From assembly GCA_964510435.1 (NCBI GenBank), contig CAZEBU010000004.1:1-59676 (forward strand): 59,676 nucleotides of DNA, written 5' to 3'. The number at the start of each line of letters is the position of its first letter. Position 1 is the first letter of the stretch. This DNA comes from an uncultured Candidatus Saccharibacteria bacterium (lineage in GTDB: Bacteria > Patescibacteriota > WWE3 > UBA101185 > UBA10185). The notes under the pieces are model-generated. The model made no database searches and had not been told where the DNA came from. It saw only the letters and a list, made by a program, of their open reading frames with translations. Position numbers and translations under genes: made by a program. This document shows positions 8,354 to 18,804 of the stretch, piece by piece.

Positions 8354-9217
8354 ATGTTCGAATTAGTAAAAACAACTACAGCAGATGGTCTATACCTACA
8401 CGGATTATTAAAAAGAGGTGATAAGGCAAAATATGCTATCTTGCACATTCATGGTTTCGAAGGAGATTTTTTCACCAATAAATTTATTCCCGTAGAATCA
8501 AGTGCTTTAAAGGACAATGGGTACAGCTTTCTCTCCGTACAGACAAGAGGTTCTTCCAGTGAATGTGAACTAGATAAAACCGATGGAACTACGCAAATGT
8601 ACGGTGCTCATTATGAGTTACTCAAAGAAGCTTATCATGACATAGATGCCTGGATAGAATTTTTAGTGGAAAAGGGTTATCACAAAATTATTTTACAGGG
8701 ACACTCACTAGGAACAATTAAAATAGTACGCTATTTAGCCGAGGGCAGCCATACCAAGTTTGTTGATAAATTGATCTTACTTTCTCCTACAGACGTGCAC
8801 TCTCTTGTGGGGATGGTTACTAAAGGAAAGTATAAAGACTATGTCAGAACATCCAAACAGAAGGTTGACCAAGGGAAAGGCTTAGAAAAAACACCTGATG
8901 AATACGCGGATCTAAGACTTTCCTATCAAACCTATGTCTCTTGGTTCACCTTTGATCACTTTGGGAAAATGTTTAATTTTGGAGATCCTGAGAATAATTT
9001 CATGATCTTAAATAAAATAGATATTCCTGTAAAAGCCATTGTCGGTGACAAAGATGAGTACTTTCATCCTTCCGATCCGAAAGATCCTCAAGAAGCTATG
9101 GACATGCTAAAACTAAACATCAACAGTTTTGACTATAAAATAATCGAAGGGGCCGGACACCGCTACGAAGACAAAGAACACGAGCTGGCACAGGAGATCA
9201 TTTTGTTTTTAGAGTAA
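8354..9217 (+). CDS. Alpha/beta hydrolase (DUF1749-like)
   Basis: HIHGF oxyanion motif, GHSLG nucleophile, GDKDEY Asp, GAGH His. Confidence 0.9.
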   Translation: MFELVKTTTADGLYLHGLLKRGDKAKYAILHIHGFEGDFFTNKFIPVESSALKDNGYSFLSVQTRGSSSECELDKTDGTTQMYGAHYELLKEAYHDIDAWIEFLVEKGYHKIILQGHSLGTIKIVRYLAEGSHTKFVDKLILLSPTDVHSLVGMVTKGKYKDYVRTSKQKVDQGKGLEKTPDEYADLRLSYQTYVSWFTFDHFGKMFNFGDPENNFMILNKIDIPVKAIVGDKDEYFHPSDPKDPQEAMDMLKLNINSFDYKIIEGAGHRYEDKEHELAQEIILFLE

Positions 9218-9237
9218 TAATTATATAATCCATAGTT

Positions 9238-9627
9238 ATGATCATAAGAAGTGTTACATTCATTGTTAATGATATACAAAAATCAGTAAGCTTCTACGAG
9301 AAGATAGGTTTTAAAGTCCTAGAGAACTCCGACGATCGTATTTGTTTCCAACTGGATAACAAAGATCAACAATTTTGCATTTTGCAGAAAAATGATGACA
9401 ATTACCAAGCGGGGCAGCAGATCTGCTCATTTTTTAAAAGCAATGTGGATGGTTTTTTCGAAAAATGCAGGCTTATGGGAGCTCCTCTGGAAAAAGTATT
9501 AGATGATTCTCCGGATGGAAGAACTTTTGCGTTTAGGGATATTGACGGCAATAAAATAGAAATTATGGAAACTCCATTAGCTGAATCCTCCAAAACGCTT
9601 GAGGAAGTAGAAGTTAGACAAGATTAG
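9238..9627 (+). CDS. VOC/glyoxalase family protein
   Basis: V.DIQKSVSFYEKIGF...RDIDGNKIEI. Confidence 0.85.
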   Translation: MIIRSVTFIVNDIQKSVSFYEKIGFKVLENSDDRICFQLDNKDQQFCILQKNDDNYQAGQQICSFFKSNVDGFFEKCRLMGAPLEKVLDDSPDGRTFAFRDIDGNKIEIMETPLAESSKTLEEVEVRQD

Positions 9628-11723
9628 GAAATTTCTAAGTCATTAGCCTTTATATTTATAGAAAATCCGTCATCTTCAAAACGCATAATTTTTCCTAAAA
9701 TATTCTTGCCTTTGTAGTCATCCAAAATTTCCGGATATATTTTTTCGTCTAAAATTAGCACTACCGCATTATAATTCTTAGCGTAGGCAGTGAGATCTTC
9801 GAAAATTCTTTTTGCAGAACCTATATCCAAATTACTAAAAGGTTCGTCAATAACAAATACTAAACCTTCAATAAATATATCCAGAGCAAATAAAAACCTG
9901 AGACGCATTTCTTTTGAAATGGGGGGTTTTGCCAAATTGGCGTCCATAAAATAAATATTAGCTTCCGGTACGTAATTTTTGAGATGCTGAAATGAAATGT
10001 ACTCAGCCACACAAGCGTAAAGCAAGCCTTTTTTAATTACCCTCTGATCGATCTTTTTACTCAGTTCAGATAATACCAGTTCCAAAGAATGGGCCTCCCC
10101 AAGATTTTGAAATATACTAGCAATAAGGTCCAGATAACCCTTCTTGTAGTCGTCAGCATCTATCCTTACTTCAAAATCTGATAAAACTTCGTTAATATCG
10201 TCAATGAGCTCACCATAATAATCAGTATTTTGTGCAAAATGATCTTTAACCAAGGTGAGGTTTTCTTCAAAGTTAAAGATTTTTTTAAGAAAATTGTTGG
10301 TTGAGCCTGCTTGTTTAATATAAATACTAAGAACATTTCTATAGGAAGTGGAAATATCTCTCAAACCGCTAAAATGAAGGTATTTGATACCACTGCCCAA
10401 CGAGCTGAAAGTTCTTAGGTCTTTTTGTCCCAAGGATAGGCAGTCAGCTGAAAAATTAGTATATCTAAGAGTAACCAATCTACCAAACAAAGTTTTTCCG
10501 ATCCCGTAATCTCCCACCAATAATGAAACCTTCCTGTGGGGGAGGGAGAGCTTATCGACATAGATACGTTCCTGGTTTTTACCCCATCCCGTGGCATAAT
10601 TTAACCCCTCCAAATGCAGATCACCCCAGATCAAACGGTCGCCGACTTTTTCACGAGGATTTTTATCTAAGTAATCCCTACGAATTTTTTTATACAAGTT
10701 AGGGGTGATCTCTGAACCATGTTCTAAAATTGTGTCTAAATATCTACTTAGCTGCCTTAACCTTCTTTGCCCTAACATAACTACGGCTTTACTTTTTAAC
10801 GGGTTAGCTATACTAAATAGTCTATTGGAAACAAAAAGCCCCACTATCAGTAAAACTAAGCCGCTAGTGAAATCAACTAAAATAATGGGTAGAAATAAAA
10901 AGATAATGGGTAAAAGATTCCTATTTATTAAACCGACAATACCGGTATTGTCGGTTAAGGCAGCTAGCGGTCTTAAATTAGATAAATATTCATCTCTTAC
11001 AAAACCCAGTTCGGTTCGAGTCAACAAAGAATAAGAATTTACAAAGGACTCATCATATTTGCGAGTCTTTTTGTCATAGTCTATCTTATAAAGACGGTAA
11101 ACACCCTCCAAAGTAGTGAAAATAATAAAAAGAGTAATTATTGTTAATACTACGTAAATAAGATGAAGATAAATAACCTGCCGAGTGGTTATGGAGATAA
11201 TGATCAAAACGGTTATCCCAAAAATTATTCCTGACATTTCTTTGATAAATATAAAATACTCCCTTAAAGCCGAAGCAGACCGTGCTAAATCTCTAGTTAG
11301 TCTCTTCACACTTTCGTAATTAGGAAGTCTGTCTTCTAGGGATCTGTAGTCGTTGAAAATGACACTAATTAAGTTATCACCTAGATCCTCGACGATCCGT
11401 ATATATCTATTAAGATAGCTAAGTTTTCTCGCTCTAATAATGACGACAACGATATGAAAGAATAAGTAAATAACGGCTATGACGATGATAAATTCCAGAT
11501 CAAGCTGTAAAAGAAGAGGTATGAGACATAAAACCAAAAATACAAAAAGCGTACTAATAAAATCCAAAATGAAAGCGCTCCTTAGATATTTTTTGTACCG
11601 TCTGGTATGGGTGGTCAGCAAAGCAACTATTTCTTTGGCTTCTTTGGTATAAGATAAATAAGATATTTTTTTTAATTGCTCCTCGGAAATAAGTCCTTGG
11701 GAGAAGAAATTATTATAACTCAT
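9624..11723 (-). CDS. Divergent ABC exporter-like protein (TMD plus degenerate NBD)
   Basis: ~6 N-terminal TM helices, Walker A GDYGIGKT, Walker B/D-loop VIDEPFSNLD. Confidence 0.7.
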   Translation of the reverse strand: MSYNNFFSQGLISEEQLKKISYLSYTKEAKEIVALLTTHTRRYKKYLRSAFILDFISTLFVFLVLCLIPLLLQLDLEFIIVIAVIYLFFHIVVVIIRARKLSYLNRYIRIVEDLGDNLISVIFNDYRSLEDRLPNYESVKRLTRDLARSASALREYFIFIKEMSGIIFGITVLIIISITTRQVIYLHLIYVVLTIITLFIIFTTLEGVYRLYKIDYDKKTRKYDESFVNSYSLLTRTELGFVRDEYLSNLRPLAALTDNTGIVGLINRNLLPIIFLFLPIILVDFTSGLVLLIVGLFVSNRLFSIANPLKSKAVVMLGQRRLRQLSRYLDTILEHGSEITPNLYKKIRRDYLDKNPREKVGDRLIWGDLHLEGLNYATGWGKNQERIYVDKLSLPHRKVSLLVGDYGIGKTLFGRLVTLRYTNFSADCLSLGQKDLRTFSSLGSGIKYLHFSGLRDISTSYRNVLSIYIKQAGSTNNFLKKIFNFEENLTLVKDHFAQNTDYYGELIDDINEVLSDFEVRIDADDYKKGYLDLIASIFQNLGEAHSLELVLSELSKKIDQRVIKKGLLYACVAEYISFQHLKNYVPEANIYFMDANLAKPPISKEMRLRFLFALDIFIEGLVFVIDEPFSNLDIGSAKRIFEDLTAYAKNYNAVVLILDEKIYPEILDDYKGKNILGKIMRFEDDGFSINIKANDLEIS

Positions 11724-11817
11724 GTTAGGATATTACCAGATTATTAACTCATAGTAAATTAGTTCTTGTGCTGTAACTTGGTCTTTTCTAATTTCCAACT
11801 TTAGATATACTTAAAAT

Positions 11818-13047
11818 ATGAATTTACGAACTTTGAAGGGTGCGGATATTAAGGAGAAAACAATTTTATATCGATCACCTTATGATATCGGTGTGAGACA
11901 GACTGAAGCAGGGGAGTACGTGATTAAAGATGATTCTAGAATTAAAGCTACCCTGCCCACTCTAAAATATCTTATGGAAAATAATTGCCGGATAGTTATC
12001 TTAACTTGGGTAAAACGACCCGGAGGCAAGGTAGAAGAAAGCTTAAAAACAATCCCTCACGCAAAGGCTCTTTCGGGACTACTGGGAAAAGAGATAAAAA
12101 AAGCAGATGACTGTATAGGCGAGGAAGTTAAACAACAAATTTCTAAACTACAAGCCGGCGAACTCCTCATGCTGGAAAATACCAGATTTCATCCTGAAGA
12201 AAATGAGGATAACGATGATTTCGCTAAAAAACTAACAGAGGGATGCGACTTTATTGTTTTCGATGGTTTTCCACAAGCACACCGTAAACACTCCTCAACC
12301 ACCGGCATCTTGAGACATCTTGATAGTGTAGCGGGTTTTTACCTGGAAAAAGAAATAAGCTCTCTAGAGAAAATAACTAACAACCCGGAAAAACCTCTTA
12401 CCTTGATCATAGGCGGCATAAAGATATCAGATAAAATTGATGCCATCAGTAACCTCATGGACGAGGCTGATTTTATACTGGTTGGAGGAGGCGCAGCTAA
12501 TGTTTTTCTGAAAGCAGAGGGTAAAATAATGGGTGATTCTTATATAGAAGATGAATTTACCGCTCGGAATGGAAAGGAAAAGAAAGATTGGGTGTTATAT
12601 GCCAAAGAAATCAAAGAAAGAGGAAAGGAAAAAGTCCAATTGCCTCTAGATCTCATCATAGCCAGTAGTGAGGTGGGATCAGAAAACATAAAAGAGGTTG
12701 AGGTTACCTCCGCACAGAAGCTTGTTCCTCAAGGGTTTAAAGCTTTGGACATCGGAAGCCGTACCATAAGGGAGTTCTTTAAAATAGTCATGCCTTCAAA
12801 AACTATTTTTTGGAATGGCCCAATGGGTCTGTTTGAAAATAGGTTTTTCGCTAAAGGAACCGCCGCTATAGCCAAATCTATGGAAATTGCTGAAGCAACC
12901 ACTATTATTGCCGGCGGTGATACTATTGAGGCTGCTAAGAAGTACTGCGATATAGAAAAAATTACTCATTTAAGCCTTGCCGGAGGCGCTACTCTGGAAT
13001 TCATAGCGGGTAAAGAGCTTCCTGTCTTGGAAATGCTTAAAAAGTAG
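11818..13047 (+). CDS. pgk: Phosphoglycerate kinase
   Basis: LENTRF, AHRKHSS, IGGIKISDK, WNGPMG.FE, AGGDT, GGATLEF. Confidence 0.97.
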   Translation: MNLRTLKGADIKEKTILYRSPYDIGVRQTEAGEYVIKDDSRIKATLPTLKYLMENNCRIVILTWVKRPGGKVEESLKTIPHAKALSGLLGKEIKKADDCIGEEVKQQISKLQAGELLMLENTRFHPEENEDNDDFAKKLTEGCDFIVFDGFPQAHRKHSSTTGILRHLDSVAGFYLEKEISSLEKITNNPEKPLTLIIGGIKISDKIDAISNLMDEADFILVGGGAANVFLKAEGKIMGDSYIEDEFTARNGKEKKDWVLYAKEIKERGKEKVQLPLDLIIASSEVGSENIKEVEVTSAQKLVPQGFKALDIGSRTIREFFKIVMPSKTIFWNGPMGLFENRFFAKGTAAIAKSMEIAEATTIIAGGDTIEAAKKYCDIEKITHLSLAGGATLEFIAGKELPVLEMLKK

Positions 13048-13093
13048 GATCGTTTATCAAATTAACTGAAAGTGTGCTAAAATAACCCCTGTT

Positions 13094-13990
13094 ATGAAAA
13101 TTGAAACAGAGAAATTGCCTAGGTCACAACTTAAAATCACCGTCACCCTAGAAAATACTAAGGTCAAAGAGATGTATGGAAAAGTACTTGAGGACGCCAT
13201 AAAAGAAACCGATATTGAGGGTTTTAGGAAGGGAAGCGCTCCCAAAGAAAAGGTAGAACAGAAACTAGGTGTCTCAAAGTTACATGGAAATACTATAAAC
13301 GAGTTGCTGCAAAAATATTATTCACAGGTTTTAAAAGAAAATCACATTTTTCCCATCTCAAATCCTAAAGTAGAGGTCAAAGAGTTTGACATGAATAAAG
13401 ATTTTGAATTTGTGGCTACAGTAGCCATCAAACCGGAAATAACTTTAAAAGATTACAAAAAAGCCCTGAAAAAATATTATGAGGATAAAAACGAGCAAAC
13501 AAAAAAAGAGAACGCGGAAAGGTTAAAAAAAGGAGAAAAAATATCACACGACCACGCTCATTTACATACTAACGAGATCGTTGACCTATTAACAAAAACT
13601 GCTGAGTTGGAGGTGCCTGATATCTTGGTGGAAGAAGAAACAAACCGTTTGATTGCCAGACTGGTAGATCAGGTTCTCGCCACCGGCATGAAAGTGGAAG
13701 ACTATCTAAAAGCCCAAAATTCTAATATGGAGGAGTTAAAAACAAACTACAAGAAAATAGCTGACCAAAATATTCGTGCAGAATTAGTTTTAAACGAACT
13801 AATTAGCTTAGAGAAGATCAAAATAGGGGACGAGGAAGTAGAAAAAGCCATTCAGGAAGTACAGGACGAAAAGGCTCGAGAACAGCTTAACAATCCTGTA
13901 CAAAAGGTATATATTAAGACAGTATTAGAAAAGAATAAACTAATAGAAAGTTTAATTAAAGAAACACAGGGAGAACACCATCATGAGTAA
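13094..13990 (+). CDS. tig: Trigger factor (no FKBP PPIase domain)
   Basis: GFRKG ribosome-binding signature joined directly to the C-domain; precedes clpP. Confidence 0.9.
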   Translation: MKIETEKLPRSQLKITVTLENTKVKEMYGKVLEDAIKETDIEGFRKGSAPKEKVEQKLGVSKLHGNTINELLQKYYSQVLKENHIFPISNPKVEVKEFDMNKDFEFVATVAIKPEITLKDYKKALKKYYEDKNEQTKKENAERLKKGEKISHDHAHLHTNEIVDLLTKTAELEVPDILVEEETNRLIARLVDQVLATGMKVEDYLKAQNSNMEELKTNYKKIADQNIRAELVLNELISLEKIKIGDEEVEKAIQEVQDEKAREQLNNPVQKVYIKTVLEKNKLIESLIKETQGEHHHE

Positions 13991-14579
13991 AAACACCTTA
14001 GTACCAATAGTTGTGGAAAGAGATCCCAAGGGCTTTGAGAGGTCTTATGATATTTATTCCAGACTTCTTAAAGATTTTATTATCTTTGTCACCGGCCCTA
14101 TTGATATGGGATTAGCCAACACTTTTATTGCCCAGATGCTTTATCTGGAAAGCGAAGACCCGGATAGAGAGATCAGCGTCTATCTCAACTCACCGGGAGG
14201 AAGTGCTTACGACGGATTAGCTATGTACGATACTATAAAACACGTCAAAAACGATGTGAGTACCATTAATGTCGGTTTGGCGGCTTCCGCAGGAGCCTTG
14301 CTGTTATCTGCAGGCAAAAAAGGTAAAAGATACGCCTTGCCGAATTCTTACACCATGATCCATCAGGTTTTGGGAGGTGTAGAGGGACAGCAAACCGATA
14401 TTGAGATCACCGCCCGACATATGCTTAGGTTAAGAGAACAATATGCGCAGACTATTTCCGAAAACTCTGGAAAGTCTTTGGAGGTAGTTCAAAAAGATAT
14501 CGAAAGAGACAACTGGATGAACGCTGATGAGACCATAGCTTACGGTATCATAGATAAGATCATGGAACCTAAGAAATAA
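13983..14579 (+). CDS. clpP: ATP-dependent Clp protease proteolytic subunit
   Basis: YDIYSRLL, NSPGG, GLAAS, MIHQ, ERD catalytic residues. Confidence 0.97.
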   Translation: MSKNTLVPIVVERDPKGFERSYDIYSRLLKDFIIFVTGPIDMGLANTFIAQMLYLESEDPDREISVYLNSPGGSAYDGLAMYDTIKHVKNDVSTINVGLAASAGALLLSAGKKGKRYALPNSYTMIHQVLGGVEGQQTDIEITARHMLRLREQYAQTISENSGKSLEVVQKDIERDNWMNADETIAYGIIDKIMEPKK

Positions 14580-14596
14580 CTATAGACGCACTTTAG

Positions 14597-14673
14597 GAGC
14601 TCATAGCTCAGTTGGTTAGAGCGCCACGTTGACATCGTGGAGGTCACTGGTTCGAGTCCAGTTGAGCTCACCA
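14597..14673 (+). tRNA. tRNA-Val(GAC)
   Basis: GAGCTCA...CCACG-TTGACAT-CGTGG...TGAGCTC-A-CCA. Confidence 0.95.
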
Positions 14674-14783
14674 TTAGTTGACTCATTGTAAATTATTTTT
14701 CACCTAGTTTTGTATTATCACCACAATTCAAAGCCGATCCATTTCTTTTGTTGTTAGATCAACAGCAAAAGTACCTACGTGAT

Positions 14784-14812
14784 TTGACGCAAAAGCCTTC
14801 GTTATATATCCT
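14784..14812 (+). promoter_or_regulatory. Sigma70-type promoter
   Basis: TTGACG-N17-TATCCT upstream of the 14887 ORF. Confidence 0.5.
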
Positions 14813-14886
14813 GTATAGAAGCCAAAGAAAATACAAATATTATGAAATCCAGATGGTATTCGTAACCACAAGGAAAGGAGAAGAAA

Positions 14887-15162
14887 ATGGCTACGAAATT
14901 ACCGCACACTGCTGAGAAGGCACCTCTAACACCCCTTCTTCAGGCTTTGCTGCACCGCCTGCACAAAATCGGGGAGCTAGGGATCCGCAAGGAGGCGTTT
15001 TGGCCTCAAGTCGCCAGTCTACTAAGACACTTGGGCGCACAAGACGAGGATAGGGAAGCACTTCTTGCGGACATGAAGACATGGGGAGTGCGAGAACAAG
15101 GCGGCGTTATCGCTTTGAAAACCGATCCACCTCCCTACGAGGACAGACCGTTAGCCACTTGA
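14887..15162 (+). CDS. Small hypothetical protein (GC-richer than its neighbours)
   Basis: AAGGAG SD; own promoter; structured 3' region. Confidence 0.65.
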   Translation: MATKLPHTAEKAPLTPLLQALLHRLHKIGELGIRKEAFWPQVASLLRHLGAQDEDREALLADMKTWGVREQGGVIALKTDPPPYEDRPLAT

Positions 15163-15307
15163 TTACCACCTGAAAGGGGAAGGGAATATGCCCGAGTCCT
15201 TCTTCGAGGACCTCAGCAAAACGACCGGAAAGATCTCTGCTAGGGTACATACGTACCCATCTAGGCAAATCTTTCCGGTTCTCTTTTTCCACTGCTCGGT
15301 TTTTTTT
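15163..15307 (+). other. Structured 3' RNA region ending in a terminator-like T-run
   Basis: GTCCT/AGGAC hairpin, long CCGGAAAGAT...GGGTAC/GTACCC...ATCTTTCCGG stem, CCGAG/CTCGG closure followed by a T-run. Confidence 0.55.
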
Positions 15308-15323
15308 CTGCTATCATAAGAGG

Positions 15324-16229
15324 GTGAAAACTACTGCCTACTATGTGAAATCAATCTCATTAGCCACACTTTTATTTATAGAATCCTTTTTGTTATCGGC
15401 ATCTGTTTTGAAGTTTATTGAATCACAAAAGTATTTTTCTCCTCCTTTGAGTTTTATGATTTCCATAATCATTCTCTTTTTCCTCATCACCACCACCAAC
15501 GCCCTATTAGTAGGTGCTTGGGATAAGTGGGAGCAGTATGTTCTCTCCCCACTGCCGGTTTGCCTGGGTATTTTTTTGGTATTATTTACTGTCAATTCAG
15601 CCTATGCGGTAATTTTAATTCTTTTTGTCTATCTTCTCATGAGCTATGATGTGTTCTTGGCCGCACAGCTCAAACGCCAGCTTCTGGTCTTTAACCCCAG
15701 ATTGGTTTTAAAATTTTCTTCGAAAGGGATTATTCTCTCATTTAGCATCATGGCTGCCGTTATGGTAATGGTTTCAGCAGGTACTCAGCCTGATTTTGAT
15801 ATTGGAGGTTCGGTCGGTGGTTTTATAGATAAGTATTTTACCGTTAGAGTAAATGAGCAAATTAATCAACAGTTGCAAGGTGGTTTATCCCAAGACCAAA
15901 TAGAGAGGTTATCCGCCTTTGGTCTAGATCCTTCGCAGTTTACCTTAGTAGAAGAAACTGATATTTTCCACAAATTACCTAATATAGTCACTCCGGAACT
16001 TTCCTTGAAAAATACCGTTACCAAGGAGGTAAACAAGCTCATCGAGCCGTACAAAAAGTTTGTCAATCCGATTATGGCCATTATGATCTTTGGATTGGTG
16101 CACTTCCTGGGAGCCGCAGCTTTTTTTATCCACACCCTATTTGTAGATGCCATTTTCTGGGCAGCCAAGAAAACTAAATTTCACAAGATAGAAAAGGTCC
16201 CTGCCGAGCAGGAAATACTACATTTTTAG
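15324..16229 (+). CDS. Hypothetical multi-pass membrane protein
   Basis: About 6 TM segments; tgcTATCAT-N6-GTG. Confidence 0.75.
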   Translation: MKTTAYYVKSISLATLLFIESFLLSASVLKFIESQKYFSPPLSFMISIIILFFLITTTNALLVGAWDKWEQYVLSPLPVCLGIFLVLFTVNSAYAVILILFVYLLMSYDVFLAAQLKRQLLVFNPRLVLKFSSKGIILSFSIMAAVMVMVSAGTQPDFDIGGSVGGFIDKYFTVRVNEQINQQLQGGLSQDQIERLSAFGLDPSQFTLVEETDIFHKLPNIVTPELSLKNTVTKEVNKLIEPYKKFVNPIMAIMIFGLVHFLGAAAFFIHTLFVDAIFWAAKKTKFHKIEKVPAEQEILHF

Positions 16230-16909
16230 ATCATAACTTCCGGATTATTCTCCATCTCAAAAATTTTTAGTGCTTTTTCCATAGTATATTCCCCAATTTT
16301 TGTACGCACTAAAGAGGCCAATACACCACCTGTACCCAGATCCTTACCCAGATCATGAGCCAATGACCTGATATAAGTGCCTTTGCTGCAAAGAATTCTT
16401 AGTTTAGCTGTAGGCAAGCTATTTTTGTTGTAAAAATCCAATAACTCTAGCTCGTATATGATTACTTTCTTCACGGGAAGTTCATTTAGCTTAATTTTTC
16501 CAACTCGTGCAATTTTGTATAAAGCCTTACCTCTCAACTTAACAGCAGAGTAGGGTGGTACCCGTTGTGATATCTCACCTTTATACTTAGGGAGTATTTT
16601 TGTAAGTCTCTCCTGCAAATTATCCAAGACAGCGTTTTGATAAACTAATTCACCCTCTAAATCATAGGTGGGAGATATAACACCAAAGATAATTTCACAA
16701 ATATATTCTTTCTTCAAAGACATAAATTCCGGTTGTCTCTTGGTATCTTCACCGGTAAGAATAATTAAAACACCCTCAGCTAAAGGGTCTAAGGTACCAG
16801 CATGTCCTACTTTGACCTTTTTTCCTAACTTAGTGCTAAGAATCCCTCGTACTTTAGCCACCACATCAAAACTGGTCCAACCCCTTTCTTTATAAACGTT
16901 AAGGATCAT
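16226..16909 (-). CDS. truB: tRNA pseudouridine(55) synthase
   Basis: KVGHAGTLDPLAEG, PPYSAVK, CSKGTYIRSL. Confidence 0.97.
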   Translation of the reverse strand: MILNVYKERGWTSFDVVAKVRGILSTKLGKKVKVGHAGTLDPLAEGVLIILTGEDTKRQPEFMSLKKEYICEIIFGVISPTYDLEGELVYQNAVLDNLQERLTKILPKYKGEISQRVPPYSAVKLRGKALYKIARVGKIKLNELPVKKVIIYELELLDFYNKNSLPTAKLRILCSKGTYIRSLAHDLGKDLGTGGVLASLVRTKIGEYTMEKALKIFEMENNPEVMI

Positions 16910-16992
16910 GCCTAGACTATATCACTAGAGTCAACCTCATTTCTTGTTTTCTTAAATTACAAAAAGTACTATATTATAGAAAGGTCAATGTT

Positions 16993-18789
16993 ATGTCCAA
17001 GGAAAGAGTTATCGAACAATTAAAAAACGATCCTTTAATGCCACTTAGGCACACTGCTGAGCACGTGCTGCATACGGCTATGCGGGAGCTGTATCCTGAT
17101 ATAAAGCTGGTCATGGGTCCTCCTATAGAGAACGGTTTTTACTTTGACTTTGATCTGGATAAGAGGGTCAGCAAAGATGATTTTCCCAAAATCGAGGAAA
17201 AAATGCAGGAAATCATTAAGGCCGATCTAAAAATAACAGTGAAAGAGGTTAGCTTGGAAAAAGCCCGAGATATTTTTAAGGGTAATCAATACAAGCAAAA
17301 TACTCTTGAGGAAATCAAAGATAGAGATGAAAAAGTTTCCATTTGCATCATGGGAGATGAAAAAGACCCACGAGACACCGATCTATGCATGGGGTATCAC
17401 ATTAAAAAAACCGGTGACATAAAAGCTTTTAAACTTCTTAGCGTAGCCGGGGCTTACTACAAAGGAAACGAAAAAAATAAAATGCTGCAAAGGATCTACG
17501 GCACAGCCTTCAAATCTAAAAAAGATCTCAATAAATATCTAGAAAACCTGGAAAAGGCTAAAGAAAATGACCACCGCAAACTTGGCAAGGAATTGGACTT
17601 GTTTACCTTTTCGGATATGGTAGGACCCGGTCTACCGTTATGGACTCCAAAAGGCACAGTTATCAGGCGGGAATTGGAAAAATGGGCCGAAGAAACCGAG
17701 AAAAAGTTGGGGTATGTTAGGGTTGCTACTCCACACATTGGTAAAGGGAAACTATACGAAACCTCAGGACATTTACCTTATTACAAAGACGATATGTACA
17801 GTCCCATGGTCATTGACGAACAAGAATACTATCTTAAAAGCATGAACTGTCCCTATCATCATGAAATATTTAATTCTCAACCTAGGTCGTATAGGGATCT
17901 GCCTCTAAGAATGGCAGAATACGGTACTGTTTACCGCTATGAGCAATCAGGAACACTTTTTGGACTGATGAGAGTAAGATCAATGGCACAAAACGATGCT
18001 CATATCTATTGCACAACGGAACAAGCAGAAAAAGAATTCTTGGAAGTCATCAAACTACATGAATACTATTACAATACTTTGGGTCTTTCACGTGACGATT
18101 ATTATATTGTCATGGGCTTGCAAGACGAAACTAAAAAAGATAAATACCACGGTGAGAAAGAAATTTGGGATAAAGCAGAGAAGATGATGAGAAAAGCCAT
18201 AGAAAAATCAGGCATAAAGTGCGTGGATGAAATAGGAGCGGCTGCATTTTACGGCCCAAAAATCGATTTTAACATCATTTCTTCTACAGGACGGGAGTTT
18301 TCCATTGCCACCAACCAACTTGATCTCTACATGCCCAAAACGTTCAATCTACAATACACTGACAAGGACGGTAGCAAAAAACTATGTGTAGTAATTCATC
18401 GTGCGCCGTTGGGCAGCCACGAAAGGTTCATTGGTTTCTTGATCGAGCACTACGGCGGGGCATTTCCGGTTTGGCTATCACCTGTACAGATAGAAATCAT
18501 CCCTATCAGTGAAAAGCATCTAGAATACACGCAAAAAATCAAGAAAATATTTGAAGAAAAAGATCTCAGGTTAGAAATAAATGACAAAGATACCGCTATG
18601 GGAGCTAAAATCAGAGAGGCGCAGTTACGGAAAGTGCCGTATATGTTTATTTTGGGTGACAAAGAAGTTGCAAATAACCAGCTTAGTGTTAGACTCAGAA
18701 ACGGTGAGCAAATTAATAATCTTGATGCAAAGGAGGTTTTAGATAAAATCCACGAAATATATTTGACCAAAAGCCTTAAGCTGTGGTAA
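16993..18789 (+). CDS. thrS: Threonine--tRNA ligase (lacks N-terminal TGS domain)
   Basis: RHTAEH, DHRKLG, MNCPYH, FYGPKID, HRAPLGSHERF. Confidence 0.97.
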   Translation: MSKERVIEQLKNDPLMPLRHTAEHVLHTAMRELYPDIKLVMGPPIENGFYFDFDLDKRVSKDDFPKIEEKMQEIIKADLKITVKEVSLEKARDIFKGNQYKQNTLEEIKDRDEKVSICIMGDEKDPRDTDLCMGYHIKKTGDIKAFKLLSVAGAYYKGNEKNKMLQRIYGTAFKSKKDLNKYLENLEKAKENDHRKLGKELDLFTFSDMVGPGLPLWTPKGTVIRRELEKWAEETEKKLGYVRVATPHIGKGKLYETSGHLPYYKDDMYSPMVIDEQEYYLKSMNCPYHHEIFNSQPRSYRDLPLRMAEYGTVYRYEQSGTLFGLMRVRSMAQNDAHIYCTTEQAEKEFLEVIKLHEYYYNTLGLSRDDYYIVMGLQDETKKDKYHGEKEIWDKAEKMMRKAIEKSGIKCVDEIGAAAFYGPKIDFNIISSTGREFSIATNQLDLYMPKTFNLQYTDKDGSKKLCVVIHRAPLGSHERFIGFLIEHYGGAFPVWLSPVQIEIIPISEKHLEYTQKIKKIFEEKDLRLEINDKDTAMGAKIREAQLRKVPYMFILGDKEVANNQLSVRLRNGEQINNLDAKEVLDKIHEIYLTKSLKLW

Positions 18790-18804
18790 AAATCTTAAGA
18801 CAAT

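Noticed and set aside
1597-15307. Prophage or genomic island integrated at a tRNA
   Set aside because: No integrase or phage genes, and I found no duplicated tRNA 3' ends; the similarity between the two tRNA-Leu genes is ordinary paralogy.
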